DNA from: Gemmatimonadales bacterium
GTDB lineage: Bacteria; Gemmatimonadota; Gemmatimonadetes; Gemmatimonadales; GWC2-71-9
NCBI GenBank assembly: GCA_035601435.1
Contig: DATNOH010000059.1
Span: 6,748-70,747 of the forward strand
Length of the DNA stretch: 64,000 bases
Direction: 5' to 3'
The position numbers and the translations under genes were made by a program. Below, piece by piece: positions 54,564-63,825 of this stretch. The notes under the pieces are model-generated. The model saw only the letters and a program-made list of their open reading frames with translations. It searched no databases and was not told the origin of the DNA. How positions within the stretch are numbered: position 1 is the stretch's first letter; each line of letters opens with the position of its first letter.

Positions 54564-55739
54564 CTACGCTCGAGGGGCGTCGATCATCAGCCGCACTTGC
54601 GCCAGTAGCTCGCTCGCAGTCCAGGGCTTGGTGACGAACGCCACGGCCGGATCCTGGCCGACGGTCTTCCGAAAATTCGGCGCGGGAAAGCCGCTCATGA
54701 ACAGCACGCTCAGCCCGCGCGACTCTCCCCTGATGACCTCATACATGTCGAACCCGCTGAGTTTGGGCATCACGACGTCGGTGATGATGAGCCGGAGGTC
54801 CGCGCGGTGGGCACGGAAGGCGTCGAGTCCCTGCTCGCCGTCCACGGCCGTGAACACCCGGTAACCGACCTTCGAGAGTAGCTGCTGCGCCGCCACGCGC
54901 ATCGTCTGATCGTCCTCCACCAAGAGGATCGACTCCGTTCCGCCGGGTAGACCTTCATCGGGGGTCTCGACCTCCGACATCCCCTGATCGCGCAGCGCCG
55001 GGAAGTAGACCTTGACCGTGGTCCCCTGCCCCACCTCGCTGTAGATGTGGAGGTATCCGCGGTGCTGCTTTACGAGGCCGTACGCCATGGACATACCCAG
55101 GCCGGTACCGACGCCCACGGGCTTGGTGGTGAAGAACGGCTCGAAGACCCGAGCCAACGTCTGCGCGTCCATCCCCACGCCGGTGTCGCTCAGCGCCACG
55201 CTGACGTAAGATCCCGGCTCGACCCAGGCGTGCAGCGGCCGATCGGCCGCGCCCAGCCGCGCGCGCCGCACTTCGACGTGCAGCGTGCCGCCCTTCGGCA
55301 TGGCATCACGGGCGTTGGTGACGAGGTGCAGCAGGATCTGCTTCACCGCCGCGGGATCGGCTTCGACCACGCCGCCTTCCTCGTCCGCCTCGAACTGCAC
55401 TTCGATGCCGGCCGGAAGGTCGCGGCGCAGGGTGTCGAGCGCATCGCGCACGAACTCGGTGAGGATCAAGGGATGCAGGTCGAGCACGCGGTGGCGGCTG
55501 AAGCCCAGGAGCCGTTGCGCCAGCTCCGTGCCGCGCTGGGCCGTGAGTTTCAGCTCGTCGATGTCGCGGTTGGAAGGCAGCGACTGGGCCAGGGCGGCGG
55601 TGCGGGCCAGGATCGCAGTGAGCAGCTCGTTGAACTGCTGGGCAATGGCGCCCGTCAGCCGGCCGATCGTCTCCATCTTCTCGGCCTGCTTCAACGCCCG
55701 CTCGCGCGCGAGCTGCGCCGCGACGTCCTCGGCGGTCAT
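54564..55739 (-). CDS. cytoplasmic hybrid histidine kinase (HisKA-HATPase-REC)
   Basis: N box NARDAMP, DTGVGMD, GTGLGMS. C-terminal receiver ILLVEDD...ITDVVMPKLSG...KPW. No TM segment. Confidence 0.9.
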   Translation of the reverse strand: MTAEDVAAQLARERALKQAEKMETIGRLTGAIAQQFNELLTAILARTAALAQSLPSNRDIDELKLTAQRGTELAQRLLGFSRHRVLDLHPLILTEFVRDALDTLRRDLPAGIEVQFEADEEGGVVEADPAAVKQILLHLVTNARDAMPKGGTLHVEVRRARLGAADRPLHAWVEPGSYVSVALSDTGVGMDAQTLARVFEPFFTTKPVGVGTGLGMSMAYGLVKQHRGYLHIYSEVGQGTTVKVYFPALRDQGMSEVETPDEGLPGGTESILLVEDDQTMRVAAQQLLSKVGYRVFTAVDGEQGLDAFRAHRADLRLIITDVVMPKLSGFDMYEVIRGESRGLSVLFMSGFPAPNFRKTVGQDPAVAFVTKPWTASELLAQVRLMIDAPRA

Positions 55740-55900
55740 CGGCCTCCTTAATAGGCAACCGCGTCGGCGGCGTCAAGCGGTGCGAAGCCGCAACGTGAGC
55801 TTGCAGGCCCCCAGGTCCGCTCGACGCTGCAACAGCACCTTGCCGCGTGAGCAAAGGTAGCAACGGACGTGCGGAGACTATCTCGTAGTGTGGGCCTGGC

Positions 55901-56131
55901 TCAGATGGGCTCGGGCACAAAGTAGCCGACCAAGAATGTGAGGATGGTAGTCATCGCCGAAGCCACTTCTCCCGTGATCTTCACTGCACCCGTCAGAACG
56001 AACGTGTTGATGATCCAGACCAAAACTACGGAGAGCGCGCCCGCAAGCGCGCCAGCGCCAACCTTCCGCGACGGCAGATATGACGTCTTGCCACCGGGTA
56101 GCGGTGGCCTGCCTTGACTTGCACCGTTCAT
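55901..56131 (-). CDS. small two-helix membrane protein (76 aa)
   Basis: GGAGGAG upstream. GAGALAGALSVVLVWIINTFVL and ASAMTTILTFLVGYFV helices. Lower-GC island. Confidence 0.5.
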   Translation of the reverse strand: MNGASQGRPPLPGGKTSYLPSRKVGAGALAGALSVVLVWIINTFVLTGAVKITGEVASAMTTILTFLVGYFVPEPI

Positions 56132-56342
56132 AGCTCCTCCTGCGCTTGGACATGCCCGGTCGAACCCGATTACTCAGCACGTCTGCCATAATAGGAAACC
56201 GACGAGCCGGGCGAAACACCATTTTAACGACGGCAGCTCGTTTCAGAGCCTCCGATCTTGAAATCCGCTCTTTTCAAGGAGGTGTTGATGAAATGGTGCA
56301 GTTTATCGAGTAGGGCGGCCGAGAACGATCTAGATTCCCTGT

Positions 56343-59225
56343 ATGGACTTCGACCCCCTTCCCCAACAGCGGCTGGCCATCGAAGCGCCGCTCGGCCCCA
56401 TGCTCGTGGTCGCGGGGCCGGGCGCGGGGAAGACCTTCTGTCTCATCGCCCGTATCAACCATCTCATCGACCGGCGAGGGCTGGCGCCCGAGCGCATCTG
56501 CGCCGTCACGTTCACGAACCGGGCGGCCGAAGAGATCGCCGTGCGCTTGAAGCACACCCTCGGGGAGCGTGCGGAGGCGATCACGCGAGGCACGATCCAC
56601 GCGCTCTGCCTCGCCCTGCTGCGAGAGTACGCCGAGGCGGCAGGCCTGCGCAAAGGGTTCGGCGTGGCCGATGAGCAGTATCAGAAGGTCATTTTGGGTC
56701 GGCTGCACGTGCCGCTCGAGCAGCGCGGGTCGCTCCTGAACCGGTTCAGCCGGCACCGCGTGCAGAAGCAGGACTACGAGCTCACGACCGACGACGCGCG
56801 CCTGTATCGCGAGTACACGGCCTGGCTCGCGCACCGTAACATGCTGGATTTCGACGACCTGGTCGCGAAGGCCGAAGAGCTGCTACGCGCTCGAGGGGAC
56901 ATCGCCGATGCGATCGCGGCGCGCTGGGACTACCTCCTAGTGGACGAGTTTCAGGACGTGAACGCGGTCCAGTACGACCTGTTGAAACGCCTGGCGGCGC
57001 CACATGGCAACTTCTTCGCGGTGGGCGACGACGAGCAGTCGATCTTCACCTGGACGGGGGCGGATCCCTACGTGCTCGTCCGCTTCAGCCGCGACTACGA
57101 GATCGAGCGGCCTATCGTGCTCGACAAGAATTGCCGCTGCTCGCGCCAAATCTTCGAGACCGCGCGGCGCGTGCTGGCGCAGAATCCTCAGCTGTTCGAG
57201 AAGCAGCTCAGCGCGGAGCAGGAGTCGGAGTACGAGGTGGCCGCATTCGCGTTCCGCGACGAAGAAGAAGAAGCCTCGTGGCTGCTCGAGGACATCCTGG
57301 CCGACCGCACGGCGGCCGGCCTGGGATGGGGCGATTATGCGGTGTTGTACCGCCGGCACAAGGTCGGCGAGTACCTCGAGGGACGCCTGGTGCGAGAGGG
57401 AATTCCCTGCCGGCTGGCGCGCGGCCGCTCGCTGGTGGAGGACGACGTCATCAAGTATGTGGTCGCCGCGCTTCGCATCGTACGCGACCCCGGCGATTCC
57501 GTGGCACTCGAGGCGTTCGCGCGCTGCGTGCTCTCGGCGCATTTCCTCCAGGAAGTCGAGGGCGCGATCGGGAGCTCCGGCGATTTCCTCGCTTCAGTCC
57601 GCGCCCTCGCCCGCCGCCGGCCCGCCCACGACCCCGACACCAAGAAACTGTGGCGGCTCGTGTTTCAGGTGGAGAATCTTCGCGCCCTGGCGCGCTCGCA
57701 CCGCGCGCTGGCGCCGCTGGTGAATGAGATCCTGTCGCAAAGCGTCGGCCCATACAGGAACGCCCTCGAGGAGCGATACGACGAGCTCACCGATCCGGCG
57801 GCCATCCCCGAAGCCGTGCGGCTCGCTGACGAACTCGCAGCCGCGATCTCAGCGGACCGGAACATCGTGATCCCGCCACAGGGAGGCGTGGAGATTGCGT
57901 TGCGAGGCATGCTCATCGCAGCGGGCATCCGTCATGTGCAGACCTCCACCAACCTCCACCAACCTCCACCAACCACACCCTCCGCTCTCGTTCTCTTTAA
58001 GGCCCTCCAGCTGTTGCACGCCAAGGAGCTCGACACCCCGCTCGAGCGCTACGTCACGTTCGATTTGGAAACGACGGATAAGGACGTAGACGTTTGCGAG
58101 GTCGTCGAAGTCGGCGCGGTACGAGTGGTGGGCGGGGAAATCGTGGACCGGTTCCACACCCTGGTGAAGCCGTACCGTCCGATCACTCCCGGGGCGACCA
58201 AGGTGCACGGGTACACCGATGCCGCCGTGCGCGAAGCCCCCTCCTTTGCCGAAGTCTGGCCCGCATTCCGAGCCTTCATGGGCGACGACGTCCTCATCGC
58301 GCACAACGGCCAGCACTTCGACATCCCGGTGCTGCGCCGGCTGGCGGCGGGGCGGGACGGCGTGGACAGCCTGGTGTTTTACGACACCCTGCCGCTGGTT
58401 CGCTCGCTCTCGCGCGACAGCGCCAAGCTCGAGGACCTGGCCCTGCGCTTCGGCATCGACGCCGGCCGGACGCATCACGCGCTGGACGACGCGGTCACGC
58501 TGGCCCGGGTGTATCGCGAGCTGGAGCGCCTGCGGGGTATTCGGGCACGCAAGGCGGTGCTGGTAAACCTGCTCGACTATCTGGGGCTCGGCTTGGCGTT
58601 GGAGCCGCAAGCCAAGAGCGGCGAGCGGGACATGCTCTTCAAGCTCGCGAAGTTCTACACGCTGGGCCGATACAGCGATGCACTCGCGTTCTACGAGATG
58701 GAGCGGGAGCGCACCGGCGGCGACCCGGCCCCTCCCGTGGACGAGGTGATCCGGCGGCTTGGCGGGCGCGCGCTCATGACCCGGCTCCGGGCCGAGCCCG
58801 ATCCAGAGCAGCGCTACCCCGCGGCGGTGGCCCGGCTGCGGGCGCTGATGGAGGAGGATTCACCCCAAACGCTCGAGGAGAGCGTCGACCGCCTCCTCGG
58901 CCGCATCGCGCTCTCCACGTCGGATGGCATCGAGGTTGCGCCCGATCGCATCAACCTGCTCACGCTGCATTCGACCAAGGGCCTGGAGTTTTCGCGCGTG
59001 TACATCGTAGGACTGGAGGATTACCAGATTCCCGGGTTACGCGAGACCAAGGAGAACCGTCAGGCCGAGATCGAGGAGGCGCGGCGGCTCGTGTACGTTG
59101 GGATGACGCGGGCGCAGGACCGGCTGGTACTGACGCGTGTCGAGAGGCGCTTCGGGATGGAGGCGGGGGGATCGAGCTTCCTGGAAGAAATGGGGTTGGG
59201 AGCTGAGGCGGTGGGAACGGAGTGA
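56343..59225 (+). CDS. UvrD/Rep-family (SF1) helicase with an embedded DnaQ-like DEDDh 3'-5' exonuclease domain
   Basis: Helicase motifs VVAGPGAGKT, LLVDEFQDVN, AVGDDEQSIFTWTGA, then TLHSTKGLEFSRVYIVG and LVYVGMTRAQDRL at the C-terminus. Between them lie Exo I VTFDLETTD, Exo II AHNGQHFDIPVL and Exo III HHALDDA (about 58045-58540). An in-frame TAG 12 nt upstream fixes the ATG. Confidence 0.9.
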   Translation: MDFDPLPQQRLAIEAPLGPMLVVAGPGAGKTFCLIARINHLIDRRGLAPERICAVTFTNRAAEEIAVRLKHTLGERAEAITRGTIHALCLALLREYAEAAGLRKGFGVADEQYQKVILGRLHVPLEQRGSLLNRFSRHRVQKQDYELTTDDARLYREYTAWLAHRNMLDFDDLVAKAEELLRARGDIADAIAARWDYLLVDEFQDVNAVQYDLLKRLAAPHGNFFAVGDDEQSIFTWTGADPYVLVRFSRDYEIERPIVLDKNCRCSRQIFETARRVLAQNPQLFEKQLSAEQESEYEVAAFAFRDEEEEASWLLEDILADRTAAGLGWGDYAVLYRRHKVGEYLEGRLVREGIPCRLARGRSLVEDDVIKYVVAALRIVRDPGDSVALEAFARCVLSAHFLQEVEGAIGSSGDFLASVRALARRRPAHDPDTKKLWRLVFQVENLRALARSHRALAPLVNEILSQSVGPYRNALEERYDELTDPAAIPEAVRLADELAAAISADRNIVIPPQGGVEIALRGMLIAAGIRHVQTSTNLHQPPPTTPSALVLFKALQLLHAKELDTPLERYVTFDLETTDKDVDVCEVVEVGAVRVVGGEIVDRFHTLVKPYRPITPGATKVHGYTDAAVREAPSFAEVWPAFRAFMGDDVLIAHNGQHFDIPVLRRLAAGRDGVDSLVFYDTLPLVRSLSRDSAKLEDLALRFGIDAGRTHHALDDAVTLARVYRELERLRGIRARKAVLVNLLDYLGLGLALEPQAKSGERDMLFKLAKFYTLGRYSDALAFYEMERERTGGDPAPPVDEVIRRLGGRALMTRLRAEPDPEQRYPAAVARLRALMEEDSPQTLEESVDRLLGRIALSTSDGIEVAPDRINLLTLHSTKGLEFSRVYIVGLEDYQIPGLRETKENRQAEIEEARRLVYVGMTRAQDRLVLTRVERRFGMEAGGSSFLEEMGLGAEAVGTE
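57943..57972 (+). repeat. perfect 10-bp x 3 tandem repeat (CCTCCACCAA) inside the helicase-exonuclease CDS
   Basis: cctccaccaa cctccaccaa cctccaccaa followed by cc. Encodes STNLHQPPPT in the linker before the exonuclease domain. Confidence 0.9.
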
Positions 59226-59241
59226 GCGGTTACGAAACCGC
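59226..59241. terminator. short hairpin between convergent genes
   Basis: GCGGTT-acga-AACCGC sits immediately after the TGA at 59225 and overlaps the stop of the minus-strand gene. Confidence 0.25.
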
Positions 59242-60852
59242 GGCGAGCCTCCCGTCCGCGGCACTCTTCACGTCATCCAGCGACGTCACGAACGCGGCAT
59301 AGACCGCGTCCGACCACCAGCCGCGGCATTTCTCGATCTCCGCGAGGGCCGCCTGGCGCGACAGCGCGGGCCGATAGGGGCGTGCAGTACTGAGCGCGTC
59401 GAACACGTCCACGATTCCTACGATCTGCGCCGCGATCGGGATCTCGTCGCCCCGCAGGCGGTCGGGATAGCCCGTCCCGTCATAGCGCTCGTGATGCCAG
59501 CGGATGATCGGCTTCAGGTCCCACGGGAATTCGACCGCGGCGAGCAGCTCCAGACCCCAGATCGGGTGCATCTGCACCACGGCGAACTCGTCCTGCGTGA
59601 GCGGGCCGGGCTTGTTGAGGATTTCGTGCGGCACGCGCACCTTCCCCAGGTCGTGGAGGTAGGCACCGAGGCGGATGGTCGTCTGGCTGGTGTCGTCGAG
59701 CCCGACGACCCGCGCCACGGCCATCGCGTGCTGTGCCACCCGCTCGCAATGGCCGAAGGTGTAGCTGTCCGTGGACTCGATCGACTGCCCCCACTCGAGC
59801 ACCACCGCGAAGTAGGTGGTTTCCAACTCGGACACTTTGCCGCCGACGTACACGAGGTCTACACGCGCGTCGAGCCGGCGGAACAAGCGGTGGGCGGCGT
59901 TCAGCAGGGTGAGCGCTTCCTGGTTCCGCCCCATCGCCTGGTACAACAGCGCCAGCTCGCACGACGCCTCCGCTTCGTGCAACACGGAGCCGGCGCTCAC
60001 CGCCAGCTCGATCGCCGAGCGCAAACGCGATTCGGCGAGCGCGGCGCGCCCCGTCTCGCGGTACACCATGCCGATGATGCGGTAGGCCTCGGACTTGTCG
60101 CTGCGGGCGTCGAGCTGGTCGAAAATGGCGAGGGCAGCCTCGGCGTTGAGCCGCGCGTCCTCGTAGCGCCCCCGCACGACGTGCACTTCGGCGTGATTCA
60201 CCAGGCACTGCCCCTGCAGGTGCGCGTCGCCCGCCCGCTCGGCGATCTCGTAGCTCTGTTGGAAGTAGCCCTCGGCTCGCTCGTACTGCCGGAGGTCGGT
60301 GTGCGCGATCCCCAGGTTGGCATACGCGATCGCGCAACCGTGCTCGTCATTCGAGGCCCGGTACGCCTCGAGGGAACCCTCGTAGTGCGCGACCGCCTCG
60401 TCCAAGTTCCCCTGGATGTTCGCCACGATGCCGAGGTTCTGCTCGACCCTGGCGCGCAGCTCGCGGCTCTCACCCCCTCGGGCCAGCGCCTGGAGGAAGT
60501 TACTGCGCGCGTCCTCGATCGCGCCGGTCTGCACGTCCAACCCGCCGAGCGTGTTCAGCGCTTCCGCGGCCAGCAGGTCGTTACCGGCGTCGCAGGCCAC
60601 GCTGTAGCTGCGGCGACACAGTTGGCGCGCTTCGGTCGACTCGTTGCGGAGATGGCGCATGACCGCCAGCCGACGCAGGGCCTCAGCCAGGATCGTCCGC
60701 TCCCCGGTGCGGTCCGCCGTGGCGATCGCCGCATCATAACAGCGGATCGCCTCGGGAATACACGCGGCCCGCTCGTGGGCACGCGCGTCGTGCAACAGGT
60801 CTGCCGCGCGGCGCGCCGCCGCGCGCGCGCCCGCCTGCCCGGTCGTCACCAC
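59230..60852 (-). CDS. TPR-repeat HD-GYP domain protein (putative c-di-GMP phosphodiesterase)
   Basis: C-terminal HD-GYP: GAYLHDLGK...HHERYDGTGYP...VDVFDAL. N-terminal roughly 330 aa of TPR-like repeats. GTG-GTG start (60850-60852 / 60847-49) overlaps the upstream TGA. The ORF-track 701-aa form is rejected. Confidence 0.85.
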   Translation of the reverse strand: MVTTGQAGARAAARRAADLLHDARAHERAACIPEAIRCYDAAIATADRTGERTILAEALRRLAVMRHLRNESTEARQLCRRSYSVACDAGNDLLAAEALNTLGGLDVQTGAIEDARSNFLQALARGGESRELRARVEQNLGIVANIQGNLDEAVAHYEGSLEAYRASNDEHGCAIAYANLGIAHTDLRQYERAEGYFQQSYEIAERAGDAHLQGQCLVNHAEVHVVRGRYEDARLNAEAALAIFDQLDARSDKSEAYRIIGMVYRETGRAALAESRLRSAIELAVSAGSVLHEAEASCELALLYQAMGRNQEALTLLNAAHRLFRRLDARVDLVYVGGKVSELETTYFAVVLEWGQSIESTDSYTFGHCERVAQHAMAVARVVGLDDTSQTTIRLGAYLHDLGKVRVPHEILNKPGPLTQDEFAVVQMHPIWGLELLAAVEFPWDLKPIIRWHHERYDGTGYPDRLRGDEIPIAAQIVGIVDVFDALSTARPYRPALSRQAALAEIEKCRGWWSDAVYAAFVTSLDDVKSAADGRLAAVS

Positions 60853-61376
60853 GCGATAACGTAGCTCGAGAAGTGGTTGACCTTCCCCGTGACGTACTTG
60901 CTGAACAGGTTGTCGAGCGACAGGAGGTAATAGAGGATCTGCAGGCCGTCCGTCGTGTACGCGATCCGCTTGGGGAGCAGCTTGCCGAGCAAACTGCAAT
61001 TCGCGTAGCTCATCGTGAGCGCGGCGGGCTGCTGGAACCGCAACCCCTCCGGCTGGAACTTGACGGCATTCACGCCCAGCCCGGTGGGCACGATCATCGT
61101 GATCGTCGTCGGCTGGCTGAGGGCGCCCTGCGGGATGACCAGTTTGTGGGGCCCCGCGCTGATGACGCCGCCCCCGATCCCAACCGTCTGCGTGGTCGAG
61201 GCATAGGGGAGGTTCGAGCACTTGAGCAGCCCCGTCGCCCCGAGCAGCGACCCAATGAGATCTGCCGAAGGCGGAGCGGGTTGCGGTGCGGTGGGCGAGC
61301 GATCGCCGCAGGCGGAGGCAAGCGCGAGCCCGCACACCAGGAAAATGCCGACTAGACGACGACGAGCGGCCTTCAT
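60846..61376 (-). CDS. lipoprotein of unknown function
   Basis: MKAARRRLVGIFLVCGLALASACGD carries a lipobox (LASAC). GGAAGG upstream of ATG 61374-61376. Confidence 0.7.
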   Translation of the reverse strand: MKAARRRLVGIFLVCGLALASACGDRSPTAPQPAPPSADLIGSLLGATGLLKCSNLPYASTTQTVGIGGGVISAGPHKLVIPQGALSQPTTITMIVPTGLGVNAVKFQPEGLRFQQPAALTMSYANCSLLGKLLPKRIAYTTDGLQILYYLLSLDNLFSKYVTGKVNHFSSYVIAW

Positions 61377-61550
61377 AGGCCTTCCATCTCCTCTAGGGCG
61401 TAGGGAGTTCGGAGGGAATGCACGGATCGACGGTTGGGCCGCCGAGTATGTCGGGTACAAAATGCACACATCCAGCCCGAGTCTCCGTGAGGACGGTCAC
61501 TCAGAAACCTGCTTTGCGTTTTTGGGCTTTTGGTGTTTGCTGCGATTCTC

Positions 61551-61574
61551 AGAAAGAAAGGGGTCGTGAGACCC
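61551..61574 (-). terminator. rho-independent terminator after the ROK gene
   Basis: The minus strand reads GGGTC-TCAC-GACCC followed by CTTTCTTTCT, 12 nt downstream of the stop at 61587. Confidence 0.5.
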
Positions 61575-61586
61575 GAGCGAGGGGCC

Positions 61587-62501
61587 TCAGCCGCTGGAGG
61601 GCCACAGCCAAGCCGCCCCTCGTACGCCGCTCGAATCACCGTGCGCGGCGCGCACGACGCGGGTGAGGACGGGATCTGAGCTTGCCCCGACGGCCAAGAC
61701 GTGGCGTGGCAGCAGCCCGGACGTCGCCTCCGGCAGGCCAGGAAGGTTCGACATGCCGCCCCCGAGCACGACGACATCGGGGTCGAGCACGTTGATCAAG
61801 GATGCGAGGGCGCGACTCAGTCGATCGTGGTAGCGCGCCAGGGTCGCCGTCGCGCCCGCGTCACCGCTCGCCGCAGCGCGCACGATCTCACGGCCGGACA
61901 CGGTGATCCCCGTCCGCTCGGTATGGTCGTGCTCGAATCCTGGGCCGGAAAGCCACGATTCGACGCAGCCGCGCTTCCCACAGTAGCACGGCGGACCGGG
62001 TTGCTCGTCGGGCGTAGCCCAGGGGAGCGGATTGTGCCCCCATTCGCCGGCAATAAGGTTCGCGCCCGGCAGACAGCGGCCGTCCAGCACGATCCCCCCG
62101 CCCACTCCCGTGCCGAGGATCACGCCGAACACCACCGGCGCTCCCGCGGCCGCTCCGTCGGTCGCCTCGGACAGCGCGAAGCAGTTCGCGTCGTTCATGA
62201 CCCGCACTGGGCGGCCCAGCCGTCCCGCGAGATCGCGCTCGAGCGCCTGGCCGTTGAGCCAGGTAGAGTTGGCGTTCTTCACGAGCCCCGTTTGGGGCAC
62301 CACGGTGCCGGGGATGCCGACGCCCACCGTGCCCGCGGCCCCGCCAGCGCGATCGAGCTCCCGCACCAGCGCCGCAATGGCGTCGAGGCATGCCGCATAA
62401 TCACGCGGGGTGGTCACGCGCAGGCGGGCGATCTCCTGACCGCCGGGCGACAGCGCGATCGCTTCGATCTTCGTGCCGCCCAAGTCGACGCCGATGCGCA
62501 C
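61587..62501 (-). CDS. ROK-family sugar kinase (N-acetylglucosamine kinase-like)
   Basis: MRIGVDLGGTKIE ATP motif, NDANCFALSE, and the zinc motif CYCGKRGCVE. Confidence 0.88.
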   Translation of the reverse strand: MRIGVDLGGTKIEAIALSPGGQEIARLRVTTPRDYAACLDAIAALVRELDRAGGAAGTVGVGIPGTVVPQTGLVKNANSTWLNGQALERDLAGRLGRPVRVMNDANCFALSEATDGAAAGAPVVFGVILGTGVGGGIVLDGRCLPGANLIAGEWGHNPLPWATPDEQPGPPCYCGKRGCVESWLSGPGFEHDHTERTGITVSGREIVRAAASGDAGATATLARYHDRLSRALASLINVLDPDVVVLGGGMSNLPGLPEATSGLLPRHVLAVGASSDPVLTRVVRAAHGDSSGVRGAAWLWPSSG

Positions 62502-62504
62502 GGG

Positions 62505-63491
62505 TTAGGCGGGGTACCAGTTCTTCTCCCAGGCATGCGGCTCGAGCTTGGAGAGCATGGCCGGCGCCAGCTGCCCCTTCTCCGCCGCCACGACGTTCTG
62601 GCGAACGTGGCCGCCGCGCCGCATCCCGGGAATGACCGTCGATACCAGAGGTGACGACAGACAGAAGCGCAGTGCCAGCTCCGGCAGGGTCTGGACCTGG
62701 TCATCCAGCAGGCGAGCCAGCGCCTTTCCCCTCCGCTCGACCTCGGCGCGACGGTCACCGGCGAAGTATTCCTCGCGCCAGTCGCCGGCCGGGAATACCG
62801 TGTCGGCCCGAATCTGACCGGTGAGCGCGCCTTCGTCGAACGGGACGCGTACGATCACGCCGAGCGGCTTGGTCTTGGCGAGCTTGAACAAGGCGCGTTC
62901 GGGGGAACGATCGTAGATGTTGTAGATCACCTGGGCCGTCTCGAAGATGGGGTCCTCGAGCACTCGCAGCGCGGTCTCGGGTGCATGATCGTTGATCGAA
63001 ATCCCCCAATGCAGGACCTTTCCTTCCCGCTTGAGACGCGCGATCTGCTCGTAGGAGGCCTGCCATTGCGGATTGTCCAGCCAGGCATCGTGCCACACGT
63101 GCAGCTGTTGCAGCGGCAAAGCCTCGACGCCCAGGTTCTTGAGTGATCGCTCCGTAGAAGCCGCGAGATGGCGGGCGGGAAACACGTCCGCGAGCGGTCT
63201 CTCGGCCTTGCCGGGCCATTCCTCGTTCTTGGGCGGCACCTTGCTGGCGACGACGACGCGACCGGCCCGGATGTCGGCGTTCAGCACCTCGCCGATGAGG
63301 CGCTCGCTGTGTCCATCCCCGTACGCCAGCGCGGTATCGAAGAACGTGATTCCGCGGTCCACAGCCTCGCGCAGCGCCTCGCGCCCTTGCTCATCGTCCA
63401 CGCCGCGCCATTGTGAGCCGCCCAGCCCCCAGCCACCAAGCCCGAGTTCGCTGACTGCGTAGCCTGTAGACCCGAGGGTCCTGCGTTTCAC
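62505..63491 (-). CDS. aldo/keto reductase
   Basis: GGAGGAG 5 nt upstream of GTG 63489-63491 gives VKRRTLGSTGYAVSELGLGGW, a typical AKR N-terminus. FFDTALAYGDGHSE. The ORF-track ATG at 63536 lies inside the conserved element. Confidence 0.88.
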   Translation of the reverse strand: MKRRTLGSTGYAVSELGLGGWGLGGSQWRGVDDEQGREALREAVDRGITFFDTALAYGDGHSERLIGEVLNADIRAGRVVVASKVPPKNEEWPGKAERPLADVFPARHLAASTERSLKNLGVEALPLQQLHVWHDAWLDNPQWQASYEQIARLKREGKVLHWGISINDHAPETALRVLEDPIFETAQVIYNIYDRSPERALFKLAKTKPLGVIVRVPFDEGALTGQIRADTVFPAGDWREEYFAGDRRAEVERRGKALARLLDDQVQTLPELALRFCLSSPLVSTVIPGMRRGGHVRQNVVAAEKGQLAPAMLSKLEPHAWEKNWYPA

Positions 63492-63507
63492 GTGCGCTCC
63501 TCCGGTG

Positions 63508-63540
63508 GGAACTTCCCGGCGGTATGGTTCATTCATGAAG
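63508..63540 (+). promoter_or_regulatory. 33-bp conserved element, copy D
   Basis: GGAACTTCCCGGCGGTATGGTTCATTCATGAAG lies between the AKR start (63491, minus) and a small plus-strand ORF starting at 63542. Confidence 0.5.
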
Positions 63541-63541
63541 C

Positions 63542-63688
63542 ATGACTCGGTACGCTACGCAATTCCGTCTGGTGGCCCAAGGGCTGGTCGACTACCTCGC
63601 CGGTATCGATCCCAGCGCCGTCGGGCTGGTCGCCGCGCTGCACATCCTGGTGCGGAGCCGAGGCGGGGATAGGCGTAACGCGCGATGA
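63542..63688 (+). CDS. possible 48-aa ORF (maybe a truncated regulator N-terminus)
   Basis: Own translation: MTRYATQFRLVAQGLVDYLAGIDPSAVGLVAALHILVRSRGGDRRNAR. GC3-rich codons. Below the ORF-track size cutoff. It would be nearly leaderless if copy D is a promoter. Confidence 0.3.
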   Translation: MTRYATQFRLVAQGLVDYLAGIDPSAVGLVAALHILVRSRGGDRRNAR

Positions 63689-63825
63689 ACATGCGCCGGG
63701 CGACACTGCGCCGCTAGATTCGCCGCGTGCCGCAGACAACAAACATCGTCACCCCACCCGATCAGGTAGTCAACTAGCCATTCGCTTCTCCCCTGCCCGC
63801 ACCACGGGAACATGCAGGCAATTTG

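Noticed and set aside
56276-56345. Strong Shine-Dalgarno (AAGGAGGT, 56276-56283) plus ATG 56288, 55 nt upstream of and out of frame with the helicase-exonuclease ATG, which has no obvious SD
   Set aside because: The ORF from 56288 (MKWCSLSSRAAEND...) runs on in the wrong frame as Arg/Gly/Pro-rich sequence overlapping the helicase. An in-frame TAG at 56331 blocks any N-terminal extension of the helicase. A frameshift fusion would need an unsupported +1 event. It could be a leader or standby ribosome site, but I cannot support a feature.
59137-60864. 575-aa plus-strand ORF
   Set aside because: It is antisense to the TPR-HD-GYP gene, which has the diagnostic HHERYDGTGYP motif.
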